Shown: positions 41,579 through 54,249 of the stretch, piece after piece
Position numbering within the stretch: the first letter of the stretch is position 1
Layout of the letters: the number at the start of each line of letters is the position of its first letter
DNA from: Eledone cirrhosa
Lineage: Eukaryota
Length of the DNA stretch: 64,000 nucleotides
Reading direction: 5' to 3'
Assembly: GCA_964016885.1 (NCBI GenBank)
Contig: OZ024746.1
Location: 88,474,001 to 88,538,000 of the forward strand
Made by a program: the position numbers and the translations under genes
Notes under the pieces: model-generated
The model's input: the letters and a program-made list of their open reading frames with translations, nothing else
What the model was told of the DNA's origin: nothing
The model's database searches: none

Positions 41579-43126
41579 ATTGCTTATTTTAAGATTCACT
41601 TCTTTAAATATCTTCAATTGTTTACCTATCCGTGTAGCATCTGTTATATATATAATATCGTATTTGTTTTAATGTATCATGGATTACTTTACAGATTAGA
41701 GAAGAGAGTGTAACAAAGTCTACCTTCAATTTCTATGCATATTGTCAATTACGATTTTATTTGATGTGTCATATCTACATGCATATATATTTGCGTATAC
41801 TATCAATATGCACACAACACATGCTAGCAGAAAAACATACGCCGGATGGTTTTCCTTCTAGTATACCTAATGAACAAGGAATAATTATTTTTAGATTTCC
41901 TGGAATTTACCGAGCAGCTTAGATATATTTTTGGCAGTTTTATGTGTTAATATGTGGACGTATAATTAATCCCATAGACTCAAATATTTTCCATATGCCA
42001 TCGCTACATTTCAGTAGCTACTTCGTCTTCAATCAAAGTTGAAAGAGCATCGTTATCTCAACACATATATTTACATAGAGAAGTATTCGTCATACATATA
42101 TTTAATCGTGATATGATTTCATGTTGCCTATAATATTTACAAATCCACTAACTGACGTAGGTCATTGCTACGTGGCGATTTGAATACTGTTTATTGAAAA
42201 TATTTATGGTTGCATTTTATGATTTTTTGGGATAAGGCAATACAACTTTTTACGCTTATCTGTGAACAATTTAATACTTATATGATACATGTTATCATAT
42301 GTGGTTACTCAAATTGATAAGGTATGTTTATTGTTTTATTTTATAAAATTAATGCCCTTTTATTTGATGATGGTCGTCTTTATTACCGAGTATATATTTT
42401 ATATTTTATCTTAACTTGTTCTTTGGGATGCATTGCCAAATCTCTCGCATGAACCTATCTTAAAGTAGTTTTGATATTTATCACATTTTACTACGCTGAC
42501 TTTATATGAACTCTAAAAAATTACAGTATTTGCGGCTACGAATTTAATAAGCTCAGTAATTTACAATGAAATGCATAGTCCATGTGTTCAATGCTTGATG
42601 CATTACGGCTAGTAGTTAACATACATCAACATTATATAAAGTAAAACATCTTAACAGGAAGCACAAATTTATATGAAATGCGTTTCGTTTAACCATAGCC
42701 AGCCACGTAAAAAAATATATTTCACTATAAGACAAAGAAACATACAGGTTTTGTCTTCTATTATAGAAGCCACCTCACACCTCACTAAAATCGTTTAAGT
42801 GAATGGCTGAGGGGAGCACAAATAATAAATAAATAAAATAAACATATAGATAAACAATAAAACAAAATATAAAATTATAACGTCTGTTAGCGTTCGTGGG
42901 AAGCGAAGAAAATCAAAGAATTAAATCAAAATGGTTGCGGCTAAAGTCTCTCAAAATTATATCAGCTTGAAGACATTGGAAAAGTGCAATTGATTTTCAA
43001 TATCCAAAGTAGCAATGGCTTCTTCAAAGTATGTAGGCTGCCAATATCCTATAAATTATTGGTGACACGAACGTATACAGTCATTTAATTGATAATCAAT
43101 GTCACATTAATGAAATAATTATTTCT

Positions 43127-43181
<55 letters not shown>

Positions 43182-43802
43182 TGAATTCAAAGGGATATAT
43201 GTATATAATTAGACATAGTCAAAGATACATATCTGGTGGCAGTTCTCATGGCATGGGTGTTTGGTCTGTTTTCAAAGAATGGATTTGTACAATGCATAAT
43301 GTTATCTGTTCAGTGTTTAAAATGAACGGTCACCTCACGCAGCAGTTCAACACCATGCGCTTGGTTCTCCAACTTAGTCCTCTCCCGTTACCTTCGAATG
43401 TATAAAATCGCGCCCCACTACTGCGCAAATTAGAGAGATTGTGAGGCATCCCAAACGAACTAAAGTGTGGAAGGTCCGTGTCGGAATATGCCGACGAATT
43501 CACCGTAGTCGTGTCGAGCAGTAATCTTATTGAGTTGCTCAACACCGCAGTCGAGGAATAAAAGCGATAACACGATCTGCCTGATCCTCCTGACTCGTGT
43601 CAAGAGGAGCATGTAGATGACAAATAGGAGTGGTGATGAAATGTTCCTGCTAATATTTGCATGAGAGCTTCAGTTGGATTAGTTTATTATAGGTCAGAAT
43701 TGTCCTGATTTTGCTGACAGTTTTCTTTATTTCATTAATGATAACATTGATAATGTTGAAGGTGTGTCACAACTGGGATTGTGAGAGAATTTATAGCAGT
43801 TG

Positions 43803-44204
43803 AATTGCCAGCATCGGTAGAGAGTCGGCACCATGCTTTGCGCATACAGTTACGGCCCTTTATAATCTGAGTTCAAATCCCGCCGATGTTAACTTCGCCT
43901 TTCATCCTTACGGCGTCGATAAAATAAAGTACCAGTAATGCACATGGTATTTGCAGGCCTTGTGCCAAAGGTAGAAACAATTATTATAATTAATTTGTTG
44001 TTTTTGTATTGGCAGTATCGGTAGAGGATCAGACGCCATACTATGCAGCAAAGAGATACGTCCCTTTACGAACTAAGTTCAAATCCTGCCGAGGTTAACT
44101 TTGCCTTTATTCATTACGGGATCGATAAAATAAAGTACCAGTAATGTACTGGTTATTTACAGACCTTGTACCAAACATAGAAGCAATTATTATAATTAAT
44201 TTGA
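43803..44204 (+). mobile_element. Two tandem SINEs
   Basis: Both are followed by ATTATTATAATTAATTTG. Confidence 0.9.
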
Positions 44205-44877
44205 TATATCATTTATTGATGCTATTTAACAGGAGAATTTGCCCTAGTGAACATTAATCTGTTATCTGTGGCCTCTGATATTCTGGACGTATCTAATGGT
44301 CCTTCTTTTTCCCAGGCATGCATTTTAGATCGTTGCAAGATAGATATACAGACAGACCATTTGAGATTTTCTACTGAGAAGCATAATTGTCATACATATT
44401 ATATATGTGAAGATACTTTAACTCAAAATATTTCTGTTCCAATTTCTCAATAGTTTAGCTTCCTATACCGTGTCTAGTACTTCAAATCTCATTCTGGCAG
44501 ATACGACATCCAGTTCTATTTATAATTAACACCCTAGTCAAAATACCCTTTACACCATGCGATTTATAGTTTTCATTGATTCTAGGATCCCAATATATAT
44601 GAATCTATTTTTGTGATTTATTGGAACTTATCCAAGGACATTTATTCTGATGATTTATTTTCCGTCTCCCATAGCTTTAACAGAATGGATAGTTGGTAAT
44701 CGATATATGATTACTTTCATTAATTTTTGTTTCGAGTTTACGAAATCTGAAGGGAAACCGTAAGGAAAATAAGACAATATTCACCTTGAAATATATACTT
44801 TATCTTAGATATTATAACCTATTATATGTGTCTTCAAGTTTTTATGACTTTATCAATCCGTCTCTATATATACATAT

Positions 44878-45003
44878 TGTTATATTTGAGGAGGGTCATA
44901 TTGTTATAATATTGCCAGAAGTAATAACAGAACACACGCACTGATTGGATTGGCTTGGTGTGGGTTTATTTCAACACACGATTTCATATCAAAAACCTTC
45001 TAA

Positions 45004-45010
<7 letters not shown>
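44878..45010. mobile_element. Solo terminus of the TGTTA...GGAGGGTCAT family
   Basis: ATAT|TGTTATATTTGAGGAGGGTCATATTGTTATAATATTGCCAGAA matches the reverse complement of 52730-52790. Confidence 0.75.
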
Positions 45011-45054
<44 letters not shown>

Positions 45055-45147
45055 TCGTATAATCTGAATTATTGATCGATGCTCTGGACAAAATTCCATC
45101 GTACTTGTGAGCTTTTCTAATTTCAATCATATTTAACAACATACATA

Positions 45148-45179
<32 letters not shown>

Positions 45180-45439
45180 CTGTAGATGTGAATGCAAAGT
45201 CTATACAAATCCACATTTCTACTCCGATTGACTTCAAACTTGCATTTATATATTCCTTGCGTTCTAAAGATATTAACTGCACCTATTATTCTTAAATTGT
45301 CTGTTGTTAAAGGGGTGTTAGGCGCCGGTTATCGATCTCCGGCGTGCCCTTTTAATATTTGTCTGTATGTGTGGTTGTCTGCATTACGACATTATGACAG
45401 ACATTGCTGACGTATTATCTTCGTATTATCTATCTATGC

Positions 45440-46657
45440 TATTTCAATGACGACACTGGCCACACTGTTCTGTGTGCGAGTGTCGCAACATCGTCAGACA
45501 GTTTGTTGCATAATAAGGTTATGTTTCCGAGGCAATCCAAATAGAATCGACATGGGAACGGACGAAATGTGTGCTTTTGGGTTCTTCATCCGTTCCCCTG
45601 GTTGACCATTACCTTCCGCAGATTTCAACGAAATTCGCTTATTCAGTTTTCCCCTCAGCCACTCAGCCAATCAATGACCCATTCAGGCCTGTACCAGAGT
45701 TTACTACTACCCATACCGTCTGTAGCAGTCAGCCGAAAGCCAGAGGGGATGGGAGAGTGTTAGTTTTTACAGGTCATCATACAACCACTCACCAAGAATG
45801 AACAGTACAACTGACCATCAACCCCTAAGAGAAAATATACTTAATTCTAGGTATCATGGTTTTACATTGTTGGAAGTTATGAATGAGAGTTGGAAATAAC
45901 AATTTAAATTTAAAATCGAAAATCCTAAATCAAATATCAGAAATTATAAATTAAAAAATTAAAAAATTAAAAAATTAAAAAATTAAAAAATTAATTAGAA
46001 ATTAAAAAATTGTTCAAGTGAGAATCCGGATTGAGGTGAGTAAAAAAACATATAGATTGAAGTGAGTAAATAATATGCAGAGAGATGTTTAAGTAAGAAG
46101 TTCTGAAAGGGGTCCTAATGTCAGTTACACTATCCACATATTGAACGATAGTGCCGTACATTAGAACGGAGAGTAAACTACAGTATTAAAGGCAGTAGTC
46201 GAACTGGTACATAGTCATAATTTCCATCCAAATCTGCGGAAGGTAATTGTCAACTTCCTTCGGACATGCGCCTGTGCAGACCTGTAAAAGCTAACACTCA
46301 CCCATCCCCTCTTGCTTTTGGCTGACTGCCACAGACGCGATGGGTAGCAGTAAACTATGGTACATGCCTGAATGAGTCATTGTTTGGCTAGGAGGGGTAA
46401 CAGACTAAGCGAATTTCGTTGAAATCTGCGGTAGCTAATGGTCAACTTTCTTCGGACATGCGCCTGCGCAGACCGGTGGGGGTGAATTGGTACTCACAGG
46501 GGAACGGATGAAGAAACCAAAAGTACACACTTCGTCCGTTCCCATGTCGATTCAATTTGGATTGCCTCGGAAACATAACCTTATTATGTAACAAGCTGTC
46601 TGACGATCTCGCGACACTCGCACACAGAACAGTGTGGCCAGTGTCGTCATTGAAATA
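45440..46657. mobile_element. ~1.2-kb non-coding element with ~335/380-bp inverted arms, superfamily unresolved
   Basis: 45440-45775 versus reverse complement of 46279-46657. Termini TATTTCAATGACGACACTGGCC. Interior has an (AAAAAATT)n run. Confidence 0.88.
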
Positions 46658-46670
46658 TATATCACAGCAT

Positions 46671-47063
46671 TATGGCAGTATCGGTAGAGGGTCGGACGCC
46701 ATGCTTTCCAGCATAGTTACGTCCCTTTACGATCTGAGTTCAAATCCCGCTGAGGTTGACTTTGCCTTTCATCCTTACGGGGTCGATAAAATAAAGTACC
46801 AGTAATACACTGGTTATTTGCTGGCCTTGTGCCAAAAGTAGAAACAATTATTATTAAAAGATGGCGCTGGATTGGCAGTATCGGTAGAGGATCGGGCGCC
46901 ATGCTTTGACGCATAGAATTACGGCCCTTGCCATTCTGAGTTCACATCCCCCCGAGGTTAACTTTGCCTTTCATCCTTACGGGGTCGATAAAATAAAGTA
47001 CCAGTAATACACTGGTTATTTGCTGGCCTTGTGCCAAAAGTAGAAACAATTATTATTAAAAGA
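46671..47063 (+). mobile_element. Two tandem SINEs (variant A then B)
   Basis: Both are followed by ATTATTATTAAAAGA. Confidence 0.92.
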
Positions 47064-47158
47064 CTTGAACATCTGAAACTACTTCGCTTCTCCGTATTCG
47101 ATATTTACTCCGTCACTCCTATGTGGAAAAAGTACGTTGAGTGCGTTGATATTTACTC

Positions 47159-47199
<41 letters not shown>

Positions 47200-47255
47200 T
47201 AATTAGAAAGTGAACAACACAAAATATAACTACTCAATTACCAAAGGTTTCTGGA

Positions 47256-47387
47256 TAGCAGACAATAATAATTGTTTCTACTTTTGGCACAAGGCCAGCA
47301 ATTATCTCAGTGTATTACTGGTACTTTATTTTATCGACCCCGTAAGGATGAAAGGCAAAGTTAACCTCAATAGCAGACAATAATAAT
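47256..47387 (-). mobile_element. 5'-truncated SINE with 18-bp TSD
   Basis: ATAGCAGACAATAATAAT on both sides. Confidence 0.92.
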
Positions 47388-49742
47388 ATACGTCTGGATG
47401 GGTCGTCAGACAGAGATGGTATAACATGTCACTCCATATGTATAGAGGTGTTAGCTAATTCCGAATGAAAACAAGGGAAGAATGAGTGCTCCATGTATAG
47501 ACAAAAATATATATATATACAAATTTATATATATATACACATATGTATTGATATATATCTAATAAATTCCAAATTTCTATACTTCATGTCTGAGATGCAC
47601 CTTGTAGGAAAGTGCCGAAACAGAGACGTTCACATAGAATCATGACCGATTATATGAAGTCTACCAGTTTTATTTCCCCACTTGGAAATGTTGCCTGTTT
47701 AGTGGCATAGAAGATGTTGAAAGCATTCGCTCCACAGATCTGATCTGATAATAATTAATTCCTTTTCTCCGGCCCAAATCTCCTTAAATTCTGTGCGTCT
47801 ACCTCTATCTGATTCATCTGAGATCGAATGCAAATATGCATCGGTAACACACTTCACACTGAAACATTGACATTATTAATATTTCTCAATGATTAAACAT
47901 TCGCAAAATTCTCTTTAAAGATTTGCAAATCGGCTGAAGCATTCATAATAGCATTATTCACTAGTGAAATATTTTGGTACTTAACTTTTTTGTATGGCTA
48001 AATTGAATATGTTTTAATAACCCCATACTTCAAATGTACTAAAATAATGACTACACTTTGGTATTTTAAGTTTGCCGTCATATTAGATATTTTATACTTT
48101 TTTATAGAGCAATTTAAATAAAATCGTTAATTAATCAAGGTGAAAATCCACATCACCTACAGCAATTCTGTAGTAATTCGGTGCGGTTCTGCTATTTATT
48201 ACAAGTAAAAGATTGAAGTCTCAGAATGCATTGATTTCTTTTAAGACGTAGTTAAAAAAAAACAACTGATCTATACATGTTTTACCCAGTAGCAACATTT
48301 TCTCCACTCCGTGACTCTAAAGGAGGGCATAAATGTATCTCTCACACTCTCTCTATCTATCTCTCTCTCTATATATATATATATATCTTTATCTAGTGAA
48401 AAGAAACACAGAATTGATTTCTTTAGATATCGTTTCACGCATTTATATACCTCTGAGATACTAAAAAACTGCAACGGTTAAAAAAGAGTACGTGCTGATC
48501 TATCTTCAACTTCATCCGTCTCCCTCTCGTATTACATCTGAACGTCTCTGAAAACACGAATTTCAAAACTATATAAATAAATATTTTAAATAAAAAATAA
48601 AATCGTATAATTATAAAAAAAAAGAAAACACCATACAATTCTAAATATATCCTCCGGTAGCACTATGTAATTTAAAAAAAAAAAAAGGCAATCGATATTA
48701 TGATGATCCTTAACCGAATAAAATGACCTGCTACAGTAAATATCAGCCAGTTTATTTGTTGAAAACATAGATTGCGGCTTACAAAAATAAATGTTATGTT
48801 TAAAACTAAAGAAATTCGATTTCGTCACTATCAAACCAGCACTCTACTTTAATTGATTTTCGATCTAAACTTATTTATTATTAGTTGTGTTACTCTTTCA
48901 ATTTCCTTCTTTTTTTTCTTAACAATTCACAGACAATTATCATTTAAGTCTTCAAATATTGTAAAACAAAAGTACTATGTTGTGTTCCAAAGAGGAATAA
49001 TTAAATTAAAAAAGCGAAGTTAAAATCACAAAAGAGTAAATGAGAAACTCAGAGAAATATAAGTTAGTTTCAAAGCAATTAAAATAATTTTTCAGAAACA
49101 CATTATCAGTATTGTTTTCTACGTTTAGCTTGGATTCCTGAAGGCAAATTACATAAATACGTGGTCAAAAATAAATATTAAAAAATAATTTCCGTGCAGA
49201 CATCTGAATAGTTTGAAAACTTAGATAACAATAGAACATTTTGGGCGATTTAATTTTGTAGTGGTTGGAAATATCTCACATGATCTCATGATGTTCTTTC
49301 CTTGTAATCTTAAATGGCATCCACGTATTTGGAGAAGCATTTATGATACAACTATTCTCAACCCATTGTATCGTTCTATTTTTGTTGTGGTGTTTAAAGT
49401 TTAAACATAATTTACCGTTAATCGAGTAGGCCAATGGTGAAAGGGCATCTATCCGTATTGATTCTGTTTTGTTCGGGGTTTAAATTATTATTATATACTA
49501 ATAGTATATTATCGGTTGTTTTAAATGCCATATTATAAAACATTTGTTATTAGAAGTAAGTAGGTGCTTAGATAAAGACAATAAAGGACTAAAATGGAAG
49601 TGCCATACAAAATTATTTGTATACCTTATCAACAGATTAGGATTAAACAATGATCACACAATGAAATTTGCTATGAGACGGGAAGGTTGGCGTTTGCATG
49701 ATTAAAATCTATGTAACAGACGAATTATTCATCCAGTTGAAG

Positions 49743-50438
49743 GGATATTCAGTATCGCTAGAGGGTCGGACGCCATGATTTGCAGCATAGAGTAACGTAC
49801 CTTTACGGTCTGATTTCAAATCCGGCCGAGGTTAACTTTGACTTTCATCATTACGGGGTCGATAAAATAAAGTACCAGTAATACACTGGGATAATTGCTG
49901 GCCTTGTGCCAAATGTAGAAATAATTATTCAAGGGGTGGTGGATTGGCAGTATCGGTAGACGGTCGGACGCCAGGTTTTGCAGCATAGAGTTCCTCTCCT
50001 TTACGGCCTCATTTCAAATCCCACCGAGATTAACTTTGCCTTTCATCCTTACGGGGTCGATAAGATAAAGTACCAGTAATACACTGGATTAATTGCTGGC
50101 CTTATGCCAAAAGTAGAAACAATTATTTACGGAGAAATCTACATAAAATCAATAATAAATATATAACATATTCTACATGCTGTTTTGAGAATTTCGTTTC
50201 GATAAGTATAGTCACATTCCTCATTTAAACTTTTTGGACATTATTTGAAATTGGTAGTATCGGTAGAGAGTGGGACGCCATGCTTTGACGCATATAATTA
50301 CGGTCCTTGCACATCTGAGTTCAAATCCCGCCGAGGTTAACTTTACCTTTCATCCTTACGGGTCGATAAAATAAAGTACAAGTAATGCAATGGGTAATTG
50401 CTGGCCTTGTGCCTAAAGTAGAACCAATTATTTGAAAT
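49743..50438 (+). mobile_element. SINE cluster: pair 49743-50128 and single 50250-50432
   Basis: Family consensus; the last copy is flanked by ATTATTTGAAAT. Confidence 0.9.
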
Positions 50439-51134
50439 ACATAGTCTTTTTGTTACATATGAAATATCAAGTTCATATTTAAGAACTTGCGATAGCTATT
50501 TTTCATACAATATTATTTCAGACTGTGTTATGATCTGCATGAGATTCGTGTCATTAAAATTTACCCTTCATCAACATCATGGCAAACATCCCTATCGTCT
50601 TGTCTGTGAATGTAATCATCATTCCCTTCATTAATTTATAACACAGAATAGTTCAAATCACGTAAGATAGGAAAATATGAAAATCGAGAGAATATTGAAT
50701 CAAAACAAAAACCGCAATATAACGCTGCTATCTTGAAGTCTGAGATTAGGTACCTGTGATATATTAGCACGTTGTATAAACATTCCCTACAAACTTCCGA
50801 GAGGGAAGTATTGAAATGTTCATGACTCTAAGAATGTATAGATGTACTTGTATTTGTTACTGGTGTATGAAGAACTGATACAGTCGTACCACTTGAGTGA
50901 CAATTTTATAATCTTTCCTAAGGCATAGCTGACATATTGAGTAAAAAATATCAGAATATATAATTATGGTATGCAATCTCAGAGCAAAGATTTGAAATAT
51001 AAAATAATTACATTCCTCTGTGGTTACTGAAAACGAAGTGTCAGAAGATAATCGGGAAACAAACAAGGGAAGAAAAGTTTCCCTTTGTCAGCTGTTTACT
51101 GCAAATCTTGGATGTTTCGGCGCTTTATATAAAT

Positions 51135-51635
51135 ATATCTAGGGTGGGTAAAATTCCCGAGATCCATGGACGAGTTCTCTCCAGCGGTCTCTGTCCCTCA
51201 TCATCGCAGTCATGTCCTGTGTCACCAAGAGACCAGTGTCTGGCCTTAGGGCTTCAACATAAGTCAATCTCAGTCTCCTTCTTCCAGTGGCTCAATGCAG
51301 GGACTCCCACAGGAGCACTGAATGCAGTGTCATCTCTGGATGTCGGTGAGCATGTCCAGCTAACCCCAGCCTCCTCCGTGATACTCTCGAGCTGCCTTTT
51401 GGCAGGTTCCAGTACAGTTCAGAGTTCTTCATCCTCAGTGATTACTGATTAACGGCTCCCTACATTTTTATCATCACAGTGGACTATTGAATGAGCCTTG
51501 CCCAGGAGAAACTCCAGGACTCTGTCTTTACAGTAATACTGGCTCAGAGCAGGAGAGTTAAGGCAAAAAAGGATGATGTTTTCGAGAGGAAGACAAAGCC
51601 TGTACGGCTGAGGATGGCTCTGAACATTAATCAGT
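51135..51635 (-). mobile_element. RTE-clade LINE 3' fragment with inverted 5' segment
   Basis: Minus strand gives NSELYWNLP...RRRLGLAGHAHRH...VLLWE...TYVEALRPDTG...MRDRDRWRELV. Plus 51453-51635 ends RLRMALNIN, the motif that normally precedes it. Confidence 0.8.
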
Positions 51636-51687
51636 TTATATACATATACATACATACACACATACACACAATCACACACACACAAAT

Positions 51688-51745
<58 letters not shown>

Positions 51746-51747
<2 letters not shown>

Positions 51748-51860
51748 CAAAGGAATTGTGGTAAGGAACCAGATGGACCGTAAGGCACCAGAATACTCGA
51801 TACTTAGAAATAGCCCTCGAAACGGGTTGAGCTCTGCCGTCGGGGTCTTACTTGTTTCTA
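51746..51860 (+). repeat. ~115-bp (TA)n-embedded repeat
   Basis: Homologous to 8175-8365 and to the reverse complement of 52928-53041. Confidence 0.9.
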
Positions 51861-51876
51861 TATATATCTATATATC

Positions 51877-51922
<46 letters not shown>

Positions 51923-52166
51923 TTGAATTTGTTTTGCGAGTTTTTTTATACGAAATCGTGTGTCGAAACAAATATTGTTATACTTGCCGAGTTTCATATT
52001 TTTGTAATAATATTGCCGGAATTAATAACAGAACACACTCACTATTTGGGTGGTTTTCGCTTCGGTATCTTTTATATCACTTTTTTCCGTCCTCAATATT
52101 TACCATTGACTGACCAACGGTAAAAAAATACAGGTATAATATAGACACAAACACATATATATAGTC

Positions 52167-52209
52167 TAACAAAGTTATTTCGTCGCACATCGGCAACATC
52201 GTCAGTGGT
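52167..52209 (-). ncRNA. Hammerhead-like motif in left arm, partly decayed
   Basis: acca CTGACGA t GTTGC-cgatgt-GCGAC GAAA TAAC TT^tgtt; stems I and III are imperfect. Confidence 0.5.
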
Positions 52210-52551
52210 GCTCTTATTATGTTCAACCTGTTGTATTGTATATCCACGCTATCTTTATGTAATCTGTTTATTTATTTATTGTTGTCTTCTCTGCGCATGC
52301 GTTTGCGTGTGTGTATAGTGTTTGGTGTGTGTTCGCGTTTGGGTGACTGTGTTTTGGTTATTGTATTCTACCTTAGTTTACTAGTGTGTGTTTATATGTG
52401 CTTGTTGTTATTGTGCTTGTGTATATATTTATTTATTCGTTTATATTTCTCTTTGAGAAGAAGACAAACATAAATAAATAAATATATAAATAAACCGATT
52501 AAATAAAGATCGCGTAGATATACAATACAACAGCGGGAACATAATAATAGC

Positions 52552-52594
52552 ACCACTGACGATGTTGGAGATGTGCAACGAAAGAACTTTGTTA
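52552..52594 (+). ncRNA. Hammerhead-like motif in right arm
   Basis: acca CTGACGA t GTTG-gagatgtg-CAAC GAAA GAAC TT^tgtt; same GAAAGAACTTTG as 14694-14736 with a different but still paired stem II. Confidence 0.55.
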
Positions 52595-52821
52595 GACTAT
52601 ATATATATGTGTTCGTGTCTATATTATATATGTATTTTTTACCGTTGGTCGGCCAATGGTAAATATTGAGGCCAGAATAAATTAACTGATATATAAGATA
52701 CAGAAGCGAAAACCAACCAAGCAGTGGGTGCGTTCTGTTATTAATTCTGGCAATATTATTGCAACAATATGACCCTCCCCAAGTGTAACAATATATATAT
52801 ATATATGTATATATATATATG

Positions 52822-52898
<77 letters not shown>

Positions 52899-52927
52899 TT
52901 GTATATGGATATATAGATATATATATA

Positions 52928-53292
<365 letters not shown>

Positions 53293-53375
53293 CTGTATAT
53301 ATATATAAATCTGTGTGTGTGTGAGTGTGTGTATGCTTACATGTGTGTATGCGTGTGTGTATATATACATATATA

Positions 53376-53453
<78 letters not shown>

Positions 53454-53499
53454 AAATGAATACAATGAGTTTAAAACCGTTAGAACATGTTTATATAAC

Positions 53500-53544
53500 A
53501 GTGGCCTACGTACGTTTCGCCCCGATGGGCTTATCAAGGGCATT
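53500..53544 (-). ncRNA. Minimal PLE-type hammerhead motif (U3:A8 variant)
   Basis: aatgccc TTGATAA GCCC-atcg-GGGC GAAA CGTACG TA^ggccact: palindromic stem III, GUA triplet, stem I 5/7 paired. Lies in a ~480-bp island (53452-53930) between (TA)n tracts. Confidence 0.78.
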
Positions 53545-53931
53545 GAAAACAAAAAAAATGATCAATACAGTACCAAGGAGGGGTTTCACGGTTAAATTAA
53601 CATCAGGGTTCATTCTACTCCTACGTGCATGTGCTGTTATTATGGCAGAGCAGGGGGAGTAACTCTGGCCGGTGCTCAAACAATCTAGTCCCATTTGGTT
53701 TTTTCATACTTGTTAATATGATGGTGTTTGTCATTGTTATATTATGGGTGTTGATTCACTAGTGCCAGTTCAAGTCAGTTCTGGGATGTACATTTATTAT
53801 TTGGTGGGTGTTGCTACTCTAATGCTTGTTCTAGCATGGTCTTCGATGTACAATTGGTTCACAGATGTTTGATTATACCGCCTGCCCACCGGGGTGTTAT
53901 GGTTAGGGCAGTGTGTCATTATATCCACACA

Positions 53932-54119
<188 letters not shown>

Positions 54120-54178
54120 ATGTTGATTTAAAACTTCACTATTCACAAGTGATTTTTAAGCTTCATATCATGTATCCC

Positions 54179-54249
54179 TATTTTATCTGATGAAAACGCA
54201 GATATCATCCAATTACGATATTTGTTTTTGAAATGCGCATAATAAAATA
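54179..54249 (+). ncRNA. Type I hammerhead motif with intact core
   Basis: tattttat CTGATGA AAACGCAGATATC-loop-GATATTTGTTTTT GAAA TGCGCA TA^ataaaata: 8-bp stem I, 12/13 stem II, palindromic ATGCGCAT. Confidence 0.85.

Larger units (their letters stand above)
51976..52790. mobile_element. Inverted-repeat element, TGTTA...TAACA termini, ATAT flanks, ~300-bp arms each carrying an HHR-like motif
   Basis: 51976-52280 versus reverse complement of ~52475-52790. The right terminus ATGACCCTCCCCAAGTGTAACA is shared with 15617. Confidence 0.85.

Noticed and set aside
43323-43622. Possible solo LTR (TATAAAA, AATAAA, ends TGACA)
   Set aside because: No matching terminal inverted ends or TSD, and no second copy in the window.
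47586-47635. HHR-like atgtCTGAGAtGCAC..GTGCcGAAA..TC^acat
   Set aside because: Core lacks N7 and stem III is mismatched; counted only as decayed.
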